From an uncultured Gammaproteobacteria bacterium (lineage in GTDB: Bacteria; Patescibacteriota; Microgenomatia; UBA1406; GWC2-37-13), in assembly GCA_964371165.1 (NCBI GenBank), contig CAYJKR010000002.1, positions 8,828 to 72,827 on the forward strand: DNA of 64,000 nucleotides. The letters are read 5' to 3'. The notes under the pieces are model-generated. The model was not told the DNA's origin. It was given only the letters and a program-made list of their open reading frames with translations, and did not search any database. How positions within the stretch are numbered: the stretch's first letter is position 1; each line of letters begins with the position of its first letter. The translations under genes and the position numbers were made by a program. Below are positions 18,232-27,241 of the stretch, piece by piece.

Positions 18232-19348
18232 CTACGTAAATGACTCCAAACAAGAAAAGAATAAAAGGATGAAGGATAATGTTGTCTGTCAAAGACATTA
18301 AGAATAGGAAAAATAATGGGGCAACCATTGCCATATTTTCCCTCCCCAGCTGTATTAGCGAAGTAACAAATAGAACTAAGCCGATTACTCCCGACGTCAC
18401 CAGAATGATAAGAAAGCTCCCGGAAAGAGAGGCAGCCGAGTGAACCGGGAAGTTTTCTTTGGGAGTCGCTTGCAAATTCAAATTCTTTTTGACGTAAGCG
18501 AGGCGGTTGTAACCGTGGCCGACGATAGGGGACCTCTGCCACATCGCTATCCCCTTTTGATAATCGGCCATCCTTGAGGAAATAGAAAATACTCTATCTA
18601 GTCCTACCCCAAAACCAAATTGCTTGGGCGCCAAGGCAAAAGCCAAAATCGCTAAAGCTAAAATGGTTAATCCGAGCTTGAACTTTTTATTCTTAACAAT
18701 GTCCACCAAAAAAGTAATTCCAAAAAACAGGTAGGCGGAGCGCGAAAAAGTCAGGACCAGAAATAGTAAAAATGGAAAAGCCAAAAGATATTTCCTGGCT
18801 TTATACAGATAAAAGAATATCAAACCAAAGATTGAAGCGGCAACCGAGGTGTCAAAAAAAACCGAGAACAATCGATTTAAGTGCGGGTCCCAGCCTAGAT
18901 AGTAAAGATTCCTTAAATCCGGATAAAAGAAATACTGGATGACAGAAAAACCTATGAGCATTATAAACAACAATATTAGACCCGACTTCAGCGTCTTTAA
19001 ATAATCGGGGTGCCTCTTTGCGTAAAAATACAAATACAAAGGAAAAGCGAGATAGAAGGTTAGCCTAGCAAGATATAGCAAGCCGACTGTGTTTTCACCA
19101 ATTTTATAGTTGAGAAAGGATATTAAGAATGACAAAATAAGGAAGAAAACAAAATAATAGACATATCTACTCTTTTTAAAAGTGTTTTTGATAGGTAAAA
19201 ACCTTAGCTTAAAAAAGAAAAAAACGAAAAGGCAAACCAGCCCGACTTCGTAAAGGTAAAAGTTTATTTGTCCCTGGTTGAGGGAGACTCTCCCCAACTG
19301 CCCCAAAGAAAATAGGAAGAAGATCAAAATAGTTAGGATATTTATCAT
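18194..19348 (-). CDS. O-antigen ligase/polymerase-like (Wzy_C-type) polytopic membrane protein
   Basis: 384 aa with about 10 TM helices. Central SRSAYL/periplasmic-loop pattern typical of the family. Sits in the glycosyltransferase cluster. Confidence 0.65.
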   Translation of the reverse strand: MINILTILIFFLFSLGQLGRVSLNQGQINFYLYEVGLVCLFVFFFFKLRFLPIKNTFKKSRYVYYFVFFLILSFLISFLNYKIGENTVGLLYLARLTFYLAFPLYLYFYAKRHPDYLKTLKSGLILLFIMLIGFSVIQYFFYPDLRNLYYLGWDPHLNRLFSVFFDTSVAASIFGLIFFYLYKARKYLLAFPFLLFLVLTFSRSAYLFFGITFLVDIVKNKKFKLGLTILALAILAFALAPKQFGFGVGLDRVFSISSRMADYQKGIAMWQRSPIVGHGYNRLAYVKKNLNLQATPKENFPVHSAASLSGSFLIILVTSGVIGLVLFVTSLIQLGRENMAMVAPLFFLFLMSLTDNIILHPFILFLFGVIYVVSLPSGKSQPKS

Positions 19349-20100
19349 GTCTTATTCTGGTATTGGTAGAGCTTGGCGCGAACCAAAAAAGAATGAAAGC
19401 TCATTATAAAGGCGTAGGCGAACCCGGCCGCTCCGTCCAAAAATCCCAAGCTGATAAGAAAAGTGTAAATGAATTTAAACGGGGGAATAAAAATTATTTC
19501 CAAAATATTGGCTCTCTTGCCTTGCGTAAAAAGTTCCTCGGCTCTGATGTCAGAATAATAATTCACGTCGCTCAAAAATTCTTTTATAGTCGGGTGGGGA
19601 TAGTGATTTAGGAACGCCTCCAGTTTTCCTATATTTTTTGCCGTGTGGAAAACCTCGTGGACATCTCCCATCCATTTTCCCGAATCTTTCTTTACGAGCC
19701 GTAAAATTCCCGTATTTCTGGCCGCCTTGACTTCGCCGAATCTAAGTTCCTTGCCAAAGAAATAGTCTCGCCTTCTGATAAAGTAAGCGTCGTTGTTTGA
19801 TGTGGCAATGGTCTTTTTTATTTCCCCTCTCAAGCCCGGCGATACTTCCTCGTCGGCGTCGATAAACAAAACCCAGCTATTCTTCGCCTTGCTCAATCCG
19901 TAATTTCTCTGCTCGGCAAAGTCCTTATTAAGTTTTCTTTGGAAAACCTGAACGTTAATTTTTGTGTTCTGAATTCTTTGCAAGGTCTTATCGGTCGAGT
20001 AGTCGTCGACGACGATAATTTCGTCGCAAAAGGTAAGGGATTTAAGACACCTTTCTATATTCTTTTCTTCGTTTCTTGTTAAAACGACGGCGGAGAGCAT
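19345..20100 (-). CDS. family 2 glycosyltransferase
   Basis: N-terminal LSAVVLTRNEEKNIERCL...IIVVDDYSTDKT and a DADE acceptor-side motif. Confidence 0.85.
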   Translation of the reverse strand: MLSAVVLTRNEEKNIERCLKSLTFCDEIIVVDDYSTDKTLQRIQNTKINVQVFQRKLNKDFAEQRNYGLSKAKNSWVLFIDADEEVSPGLRGEIKKTIATSNNDAYFIRRRDYFFGKELRFGEVKAARNTGILRLVKKDSGKWMGDVHEVFHTAKNIGKLEAFLNHYPHPTIKEFLSDVNYYSDIRAEELFTQGKRANILEIIFIPPFKFIYTFLISLGFLDGAAGFAYAFIMSFHSFLVRAKLYQYQNKT

Positions 20101-20102
20101 AG

Positions 20103-21116
20103 TTAATTATACAATTTCAGAAGCTCTTTGACATATCGTTGCCAGGAAAAGGCTTTGGCAATTTCCCTTTTTACCTTTACCGGCCGGGTGGCCGACTTTT
20201 TCATCAGTTCGACAAATTCCTCCATGTCGTCGGCGAGTCTCGTGTAGGGGCGAAGCTCGGGAATGATGGCTTCCCGAAGTCCTATCGCCTGCGTCCCCTG
20301 CGACAATGCCTCAAGAACAGGAAAATTAAAACTCTCGTAGTGGGACGCCGTCAAAAGGGCGGCCGCCTTCTGATAGAGCTTTCTTAATTCCAATCTTGTA
20401 ACGTGGGGAATGGCTTTGATTTTGGGGTCGTTTATCTCTCCCTTGTATCCGATTAGAAAAAGTTTATAGTCTTTGTATTTTCTCGTCTTTCTAACCCTGT
20501 TGAAAGCGTTGATAATAAAGTCGGTGTTTTTAATCGGGTGGTCCATGGCAACGTGGAGAAAATATTTATCCCTTTTTCTTTTTCCCAAAGTTAACGGCAT
20601 GTCAAATGGAATGCCGAAAGGTAGGACATGGATTCTATCTTTGATTTTAGGGAAAAGTTCGCTCATTTCCCTTTTTACCCTGACCGAAGAGACGACGATC
20701 TTGTCTGAGTCTTTTACCAAGCTTTCCAATTGGTCTTCCAGTTTATCGAAGTTACGGTAGAGGCCGCGGTAGAAATGGAATGACAGGCCGTGGGAAAAGG
20801 AAATGACTTTGGAAAACGTCATCATCGGGATGGACTGGTTCAAACCAAGATAAAAATCCTTCTTCCTGAAGCACTCCTCTACGCTTACCCTGATTTTTGA
20901 CCAAAACAGTTTTGGCAGGAGCTCCTTGAAGGACATGTTGTTTCCCAACTTCAGATCCTTTTCCTTTTCGCAAAACGTGTAGAGAAAATAACGGGTTTTT
21001 TTGTCGTATAAAGACAGGGCAGTAATGAGATTTTTGGAAAAGGTGTAGTTGCCGAACTGGTCCTCCGCCGCTAGACACAGTCCCCCGCCGTCAATGGAAA
21101 CTTTTATCAATGGCAT
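20103..21116 (-). CDS. GT-B glycosyltransferase (GT4/GT1-like)
   Basis: 337 aa. The C-terminal half carries the E-x7-E-like region SHYESFNFPVLEALSQG typical of GT4 enzymes. Confidence 0.75.
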   Translation of the reverse strand: MPLIKVSIDGGGLCLAAEDQFGNYTFSKNLITALSLYDKKTRYFLYTFCEKEKDLKLGNNMSFKELLPKLFWSKIRVSVEECFRKKDFYLGLNQSIPMMTFSKVISFSHGLSFHFYRGLYRNFDKLEDQLESLVKDSDKIVVSSVRVKREMSELFPKIKDRIHVLPFGIPFDMPLTLGKRKRDKYFLHVAMDHPIKNTDFIINAFNRVRKTRKYKDYKLFLIGYKGEINDPKIKAIPHVTRLELRKLYQKAAALLTASHYESFNFPVLEALSQGTQAIGLREAIIPELRPYTRLADDMEEFVELMKKSATRPVKVKREIAKAFSWQRYVKELLKLYN

Positions 21117-23010
21117 ATTTTAAGATAATAAATGAAAATACCGTATTTATCGTCTCCCCGCCCAAAGTAATCCACGCGGGGGCGATAAAACCAAAACTTG
21201 GAATAAAAATATAATTCATGACGACGTTATATGCAAGTTGAAATGAAAAAAGGAAAATGACATTCCGGGCTTTCCCCAAGGCATAAAGGCTATTTAAGGA
21301 TACCGAAGTCAGAAGAATTAAGGGTAGGGCAAAGATGATAATTCGCAAAACGGCGATTGAAGATTGGTAATCGCCTTTCATAAAATACGGCAAAACTATG
21401 GGGGAAAAGATAAAGATGGAAACGGCGGCTAACCCGCCCAAGACAGTAAGCAAAATCACGTCCTTCTTTATTTTTGTCAAAAAAATACTTTTCTTTTTCT
21501 CCCTGGCAAACTTGGAGAACATCGGCATCGCCGAGATGTTGTAGGCCGTTACCATGAACATCAGGGCGTCCAAGAACTTGTAGCCGGCGGAATATAGGCC
21601 GACGTCTTTGGTGCCCTTGAGAAAGTTCAATAGCAAAATATCCGTTTTCGAGTAAAAGCTCGCCAGGAGGCTTATGGCTAAAAACACCAGGGACTTTTGG
21701 CCGACCTTTATCCAAGCGGGCCAATCAAACCGGAACCTCAAATTAGGGATCTGTCTTTTTATCAAAATGAAGTTGGCTAATCCGTATATGGCGTAGAGGA
21801 CAAAGATGACGGCAAAAACGCTCATGATGTCTTTTGACAGAAGCACGACGGCAATCGTGGTCAGGACCAAAACTATTTGGAAGGCCATCGAAACCAGAGA
21901 AACCAGGTACGACTTCGCCACAACCGAGGAGAAGATTAAGAATGACCCGGAGAAAGTATTGGCGATTATTACTACCGAAGTCAAAATTATAGCCATTAGA
22001 ATCCTCGGCGGATATTTAAATAGGAAAGCCAATATTAGGGTAAGAATAAGGGTGGCCACCGACAAAAAGAGTCGGAATGAAAACAGCGTTGATGATTTTT
22101 TTTGATCCTGTTCGGGCAAATAGACCAGGCCGTAGGACGTGGTCCCGAAGTCCAAAAGAGGCAGGAGCAAACCAATATGGGTCCAGGCCAAGGTATAAAT
22201 GGCATACTCCGAAGGGGCAAAGGTTCTGATTAAGAGCAAAAACAAAAAAAAGTGCAAGACCTTGTTTATCAGGGAAGAAAGATTCAGGCTGAAAAAATTG
22301 AGATAAAAAGGGCGTTTGATAACTTCTTCATAAATTGTCTTGGGCGACCTTACTAGCTCGTATAGTTTTTGCTTAAAGGAGCCGTACTTCATAAGAAACT
22401 TCAGTCTGTTTTTAAATAAATAAAGGTTTTTTGTTGGATTACCTTTTGAGACTTCAAAGTGGTCATATTTATGAGATGAGTCTATCCCGACCTTAAATCC
22501 TGCCCGCCTGGCGCGGAAACAATAGTCAACCTCTTCGTAGTAAAGAAAATAACTTTCATCCATTAAGCCAACTTTTTCAATGACTTTTCTTTTTATAAAC
22601 ATCAGGCTGCCGGAAACAAAGTCGACTCCCGAGAATCTTGTTTTGGGTTTTTTATCTATCAATCCCCCGCTCATTCTCAATTTATCGAGCTCGCCTCCGA
22701 AATATTCTTTTCCTTCCTGATGCATCGTTAATCCCCAAATGTCAAAACGTTTGGCCGCTTCAAACAATGATATACCTTTAAGATTTTTCAAGGAAATGTC
22801 TGGATTGGCGACGACAAAAAGATCCGCTCCTTCCTTAAATGCCTTTCTGATTCCGACGTTTGCACCGGCAGCGTACCCTCGATTATTTTCAGTATTATCG
22901 ATGAAATATATAGAGTAGTTCTTTAAATCCAGCTCTTTAACCTCTTTTTTCAGCCTCTCGACCTCAGTTGACGAAGTATGGAAAAGAGTGAAAATAAAAG
23001 CAGTCTTCAT
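21091..23010 (-). CDS. fusion of an N-terminal GT2 (rhamnosyltransferase-like) domain and a C-terminal Wzx/MOP-type polysaccharide flippase
   Basis: The N-terminal ~230 aa carry NRGYAAGANVGIR and YYEEVDYCFRARRAGF. The remaining ~400 aa form about 12 TM helices with polysaccharide-biosynthesis (Wzx) character. Confidence 0.75.
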   Translation of the reverse strand: MKTAFIFTLFHTSSTEVERLKKEVKELDLKNYSIYFIDNTENNRGYAAGANVGIRKAFKEGADLFVVANPDISLKNLKGISLFEAAKRFDIWGLTMHQEGKEYFGGELDKLRMSGGLIDKKPKTRFSGVDFVSGSLMFIKRKVIEKVGLMDESYFLYYEEVDYCFRARRAGFKVGIDSSHKYDHFEVSKGNPTKNLYLFKNRLKFLMKYGSFKQKLYELVRSPKTIYEEVIKRPFYLNFFSLNLSSLINKVLHFFLFLLLIRTFAPSEYAIYTLAWTHIGLLLPLLDFGTTSYGLVYLPEQDQKKSSTLFSFRLFLSVATLILTLILAFLFKYPPRILMAIILTSVVIIANTFSGSFLIFSSVVAKSYLVSLVSMAFQIVLVLTTIAVVLLSKDIMSVFAVIFVLYAIYGLANFILIKRQIPNLRFRFDWPAWIKVGQKSLVFLAISLLASFYSKTDILLLNFLKGTKDVGLYSAGYKFLDALMFMVTAYNISAMPMFSKFAREKKKSIFLTKIKKDVILLTVLGGLAAVSIFIFSPIVLPYFMKGDYQSSIAVLRIIIFALPLILLTSVSLNSLYALGKARNVIFLFSFQLAYNVVMNYIFIPSFGFIAPAWITLGGETINTVFSFIILKYAIDKSFH

Positions 23011-23084
23011 AGAATTGAAACTATTATAACAGGCAAAACTATTACACTTGACTCATAAATAATCTGCTACACTAAAAATATTAG

Positions 23085-24263
23085 ATGAAAAAGCTGTTTA
23101 AAAAATACTCCAAGGTATTAAAAATAGCCGCCCTCGTTTTAATTGCTGCCGTTGGCATTTACTTCGGCTTAAGTTACTACCGAAGCACCACCTCACAAAT
23201 ATTACTGCTCCAGTCAAACAAGACAAAACTCGACAAGACCTTGTCGCAAATGTCGGGGGAACTAAAAAACCTCAAAAATCAAGACCAATACAAAATCAAC
23301 AAGGACCTCGAGGGGAAAATAAAAAGCATAGAAACCACCTACACCATGTCTGTCAAAGTCTACGAAAAGCTGCTCGACCTTAAGGCAATTAGCAAAAATA
23401 CGGCCAAGCTAGACCAGCAGTATGCCAATATATTGATTCTCCTGTCAGAGAGGAATTATGCTTCGGCTGAAACCGAGCTGAACTTATTGTCAAAAAATAT
23501 CGACGCCGAAAGACAAAAAATCGCCGCCTCATTCCAGATTCCGGCCTCAGCCCCGCAAAGCAATACTCCGCCTGGCTCGGGTTATAGCAGCCAAGTGGTC
23601 AATACCGAGCTGGGAGAGTTTTTAGTCAGCATCGTGGCCGCTGATTTGAATTCAACGCGTGTCATTGTCGACACCGCCTCGGACGGCGACTGCAGGAACG
23701 ACTGCCCCATTTTGAGTCTCGCCGATTACGTTTCCCGCTCCGGGGCATTTGCCGGAATAAACGGCAGCTACTTCTGTTCGGCCGACTATCCTTCGTGTGC
23801 CGACAAAAAAAATTCTTTTGATACCCTAGTTATGAACAAGAACAAGACCTACATCAACTCCGACAATAACGTTTACAGCACCGTTCCCGCGGTGATATTC
23901 TCAGGCAACTCGGCTAGATTCGTCGGGCAAAGTCTTGAGTGGGGGCGCGACACCGGAGTCGACGCCGTCCTTGCCATGCAGCCTTTACTGGTCTCAAACG
24001 GCAATATAGTTTTTACAGGAGACGGCGAGCCAAAGCGCGGCAGTAAAGGGAGTAGAAGTTTTGTCGGCGCCACCGGCTCGACCGCCTATATCGGCGTCGT
24101 CTTCAACGCCACCGTGGCCGAGGCGGCCTACGTCACCCACGCTCTGGGAATTCAAAACGTCCTCAATTTGGACGACGGCGGGTCAACCGCCCTCTGGAGC
24201 GGCGGCTACCGGGCCGGCCCGGGAAGGAATCTACCGAATGCGCTTCTTTTTGTCGGCAAATAG
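23085..24263 (+). CDS. phosphodiester glycosidase family protein (NAGPA/DUF2233-like) with N-terminal anchor and coiled coil
   Basis: 392 aa with a TM helix and a coiled-coil region. The C-terminal domain carries AGINGSYF and LNLDDGGSTAL motifs. Confidence 0.7.
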   Translation: MKKLFKKYSKVLKIAALVLIAAVGIYFGLSYYRSTTSQILLLQSNKTKLDKTLSQMSGELKNLKNQDQYKINKDLEGKIKSIETTYTMSVKVYEKLLDLKAISKNTAKLDQQYANILILLSERNYASAETELNLLSKNIDAERQKIAASFQIPASAPQSNTPPGSGYSSQVVNTELGEFLVSIVAADLNSTRVIVDTASDGDCRNDCPILSLADYVSRSGAFAGINGSYFCSADYPSCADKKNSFDTLVMNKNKTYINSDNNVYSTVPAVIFSGNSARFVGQSLEWGRDTGVDAVLAMQPLLVSNGNIVFTGDGEPKRGSKGSRSFVGATGSTAYIGVVFNATVAEAAYVTHALGIQNVLNLDDGGSTALWSGGYRAGPGRNLPNALLFVGK

Positions 24264-24998
24264 CAGGAGAAAGTAAGTCAAAAACTCCATGTAGGCAAAT
24301 CCAAGGTCTAGTGGAAGCCTAAATAATCCGTCTTTGTACCCTTTCTCCTTGATAAATCGTGCATGAAACATGTGCAGTGGATAAAGAAATATTTTCTTGA
24401 GCGAGGTTTTCTCGCCTTGCCTTGCTTTTACCTTTGCTACTTTAACGGCATAGTCGGTAAACTTGCTATAGATCTGGCCCAGAGATCGATAAGAATAATG
24501 GTTGATTTTGTTTCTCAGGTTCCCCGTTTTTCCTTTTTTAACCTGAAAAACTTCGTGGACTGTAGCCGGCCTGATAAAGACACTGTCTTTTTTAAAGAGA
24601 GCCAGTTTTTTGTATCTTTCGCCTCCGAAGTTTAAAGGTTTTCCCAGAAAATATCCCTGAACTGGAATATGATACGCCACTTTGTCATGGTGAGTTCGAT
24701 TAATCATCTTTTTTATCTCTCCTTTTAACTTTTCGCTTACTACTTCGTCGCTGTCGAGAGCTAATACCCAGTCGGTTTTAATCCGCTTCAAACCATAAGC
24801 TCTTTGCTTTCCGACGTCGTAGGGTTCATATGAGTAAACCTTGGCTTTATACTTCTTAAGAATATCAACGGTTTTATCGATAGACGAACCGTCGACAACA
24901 ATAATCTCCGAAGTCAATCTCTTTAACGATTGAAAAGTTTTTTCTATCGTTTCCTCGTTGTTTTTGGTGATTATGAGCGCAGAAATATTAGATTTCAT
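24231..24998 (-). CDS. family 2 glycosyltransferase
   Basis: SALIITKNNEETIEKTFQSL...IIVVDGSSIDKT and LDSDE. ATG 24998 is preferred over the track's GTG 25004. Confidence 0.85.
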   Translation of the reverse strand: MKSNISALIITKNNEETIEKTFQSLKRLTSEIIVVDGSSIDKTVDILKKYKAKVYSYEPYDVGKQRAYGLKRIKTDWVLALDSDEVVSEKLKGEIKKMINRTHHDKVAYHIPVQGYFLGKPLNFGGERYKKLALFKKDSVFIRPATVHEVFQVKKGKTGNLRNKINHYSYRSLGQIYSKFTDYAVKVAKVKARQGEKTSLKKIFLYPLHMFHARFIKEKGYKDGLFRLPLDLGFAYMEFLTYFLLLFADKKKRIR

Positions 24999-25028
24999 AT
25001 TCACTATATTATATCAGCGGTATCCAGC

Positions 25029-25101
25029 GGGTATATCGAAGAAAATTTATTGATACAACTTTCTAAAAGTATAGTTTTGTAGCATATAGTCCACAGACAA
25101 A
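25029..25101. repeat. 73-nt conserved intergenic element, copy A
   Basis: GGGTATATCGAAGAAAAT-TTATTG-(29 nt)-GCATATAGTCCACAGACAAA. Copy B at 27142-27214 has identical length and matching ends. Copy A ends 28 nt before ATG 25130. Confidence 0.7.
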
Positions 25102-25129
25102 CAACCCTTCTTTTGTAATTCTGAATGTA

Positions 25130-26164
25130 ATGAGAGACCCAGCAAGGCGCAAATTCATAATAATAGTTCTATTTGCCCTGTTTTTAAGATTATTGTCTCT
25201 CTACTTTTTTAGAAATATAGACAACTACGACCTTCAGTCTTATCGTATAGTCGGAATTCTTACAAAGAACCATATAAATATATACCCTAGTCCTGCCGAC
25301 CTGCGACACCCATATTTGCCCTTCTACATGTATTTAGAAGCTCTATTTTCGCCCCTGTTCTTAAAATTTATTAACACAATTTTTGATTTGGGAATTCTTT
25401 ACCTTGTTTATTTAGTGTCAAAGAAAGACTTGAAGACCGCTTTTTTGTATGCCGTGAATCCTGTTACAATTTTGATTTTTACATTGCACGGCCAGTTCGA
25501 TTCTCTGCCAATATTTTTTTTGCTGCTCTCGTTCCGTTTAGCATCGAAAGGTAAAGACGCCTTTGCAGTTTTATCCTTTTCTCTATCTATACTTGTTAAA
25601 ACTTGGCCCTTGATATTTATATTGATGCTTTTAAAAAACCTGCGAAAAAAACACTTGATCTTGTTTACCGCGATATTTCCGATTCTAGGAATTTTAATAT
25701 ATTCTCACTACTTTAATTCGACACCGCTCAACATAATTAATACGATTATTCACTATCAAGGCTTACAAGGGATCTGGGGCTTCGGTTATTTGTTTAGAAG
25801 AAAAGTGTTTACCTATTTCTTTTTGATTTTACTCTTCATTTGTTCTTATTTTATAAAAGCAAAGAGTCTAATTAATAAATCTTATCGTTTCTTAAGTTTT
25901 TTCTTTTTCACAACCCTCGGATTTTCTGTTCAGTATTTGAGTTGGATTATTCCATTCTTGATATTGGAAAGAAAATCAAAATCATGGAGGCTGTTAATCC
26001 CCATGACGGCTTATATATTCTCTTTGTATTCTTTTTGGATATTTTACCCTGACTTAACAAACGTCCCCTCTTGGTTGTCAATTGTTCAAATTGGGCTTGG
26101 GATTATTCTCTGGTTAAGCTTTGGAGTAGAAACTGCCTCTGGTATTTCCCGTTTTAACGATTAA
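25130..26164 (+). CDS. polytopic membrane protein, GT-C-like glycosyltransferase candidate
   Basis: 344 aa with about 9-10 TM helices, resembling DUF2029/PMT-type GT-C proteins in topology. Context is the glycan cluster. No catalytic motif was verified. Confidence 0.45.
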   Translation: MRDPARRKFIIIVLFALFLRLLSLYFFRNIDNYDLQSYRIVGILTKNHINIYPSPADLRHPYLPFYMYLEALFSPLFLKFINTIFDLGILYLVYLVSKKDLKTAFLYAVNPVTILIFTLHGQFDSLPIFFLLLSFRLASKGKDAFAVLSFSLSILVKTWPLIFILMLLKNLRKKHLILFTAIFPILGILIYSHYFNSTPLNIINTIIHYQGLQGIWGFGYLFRRKVFTYFFLILLFICSYFIKAKSLINKSYRFLSFFFFTTLGFSVQYLSWIIPFLILERKSKSWRLLIPMTAYIFSLYSFWIFYPDLTNVPSWLSIVQIGLGIILWLSFGVETASGISRFND

Positions 26165-27088
26165 ACCTTTTTCGGCAAGTTTTTTTAAGTCGTATCTTAG
26201 GGTTCTTTCCGGCACTTTCAAAAACCTTCGTCTTACAAAATTAAAAGAAACCGATTTATGATCCGAGACAATTTGAAAAATTTCATCCTGTCTTTCTGGG
26301 AGTCGAACAACATTCTTTTTATTGAGCTCTAATTCAACTTCTGTTTTCAATTTCTCCGCTTGGAAATAGAATGCTTTGAGCATAAACAAGAGGTAGTCAT
26401 TGGTTTTCTTTAAGCCGATATCAAGAAAGTAATAATAATCGTTCTTATTATTATTCACGTATTCCTCAAAAGGAATTAACAGATTGAATTCGTAGCCATC
26501 AATTTTACACACCTGATAGATCATCAATCTTCCAACGCGGCCATTGCCGTCGACAAAAGGATGAATCTTTTCAAATATCAAGTGACTTATAAAGGCCTTG
26601 ATTAAAGGAAACCTTTCATCTTTTGAATTTATATAAGTGATTAGTTGATTTATCAAAGATAATATTTGACTAGGAAGAGGGGGAGTGTATACCACCGCGT
26701 TCGCTTGATTGAATATTGCCGACATTTCATTACGGAAATTCCCTGCCTTATAGTCGATGCCTTTTAATACAATTTTGTGCGTGTTTTTGATTGTTTCCCG
26801 ACAGAATATGTTTAGTCTATTTTTTGAAATAGAGTCAACCGCCATTGAAAGGTTGTCTATTTCGAGCTTTTTTAATTTATCCGGCGAGGTTTTATAGCTT
26901 TCAATATCTAAAGGGTTGCCTTCGATTTTAGCCGAATAAACAGAGCTCTTTAATATGCTAACGCGTTGAATTTTCCTCTTAATTTCATCAGGAATATTTA
27001 AAGTTTTTAAATACTGTCTTATGGCTTCAATTTTCCCCAATATTTCTATCATTTCCGGCGTTATCGAATAAGGTGGCGGGATTTTCAT
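26114..27088 (-). CDS. Fic family protein (AMPylase-type) with N-terminal inhibitory motif and C-terminal winged-helix
   Basis: Fic motif HPFVDGNGRVGR and inhibitory-helix motif SAKIEGN ([S/T]xxxE[G/N]). The C-terminal ~70 aa look like a wHTH. ATG 27088 is preferred over TTG 27106. Confidence 0.9.
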   Translation of the reverse strand: MKIPPPYSITPEMIEILGKIEAIRQYLKTLNIPDEIKRKIQRVSILKSSVYSAKIEGNPLDIESYKTSPDKLKKLEIDNLSMAVDSISKNRLNIFCRETIKNTHKIVLKGIDYKAGNFRNEMSAIFNQANAVVYTPPLPSQILSLINQLITYINSKDERFPLIKAFISHLIFEKIHPFVDGNGRVGRLMIYQVCKIDGYEFNLLIPFEEYVNNNKNDYYYFLDIGLKKTNDYLLFMLKAFYFQAEKLKTEVELELNKKNVVRLPERQDEIFQIVSDHKSVSFNFVRRRFLKVPERTLRYDLKKLAEKGLIVKTGNTRGSFYSKA

Positions 27089-27109
27089 ATTACCTAATAT
27101 TACCAAATC

Positions 27110-27139
27110 TTGCCGAATGTTGCCAGATGTTGCCGAATT
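27110..27139. repeat. three tandem 10-bp repeats upstream of fic
   Basis: TTGCCGAATG, TTGCCAGATG and TTGCCGAATT lie head to tail. They sit 22-51 nt upstream of the fic ATG, over the predicted -35 region. Confidence 0.6.
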
Positions 27140-27141
27140 AG

Positions 27142-27214
27142 GGGTATATCGAAGAAAATATATTGTTAAATCGGTCTAGATATCTTAGTTTGTCGCATAT
27201 AGTCCATAGACAAA
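27142..27214. repeat. 73-nt conserved intergenic element, copy B
   Basis: GGGTATATCGAAGAAAAT-ATATTG-(29 nt)-GCATATAGTCCATAGACAAA. Ends 27 nt before ATG 27242. Confidence 0.7.
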
Positions 27215-27241
27215 ATCTTCAGTGGCGCCTATAAGCAAACT

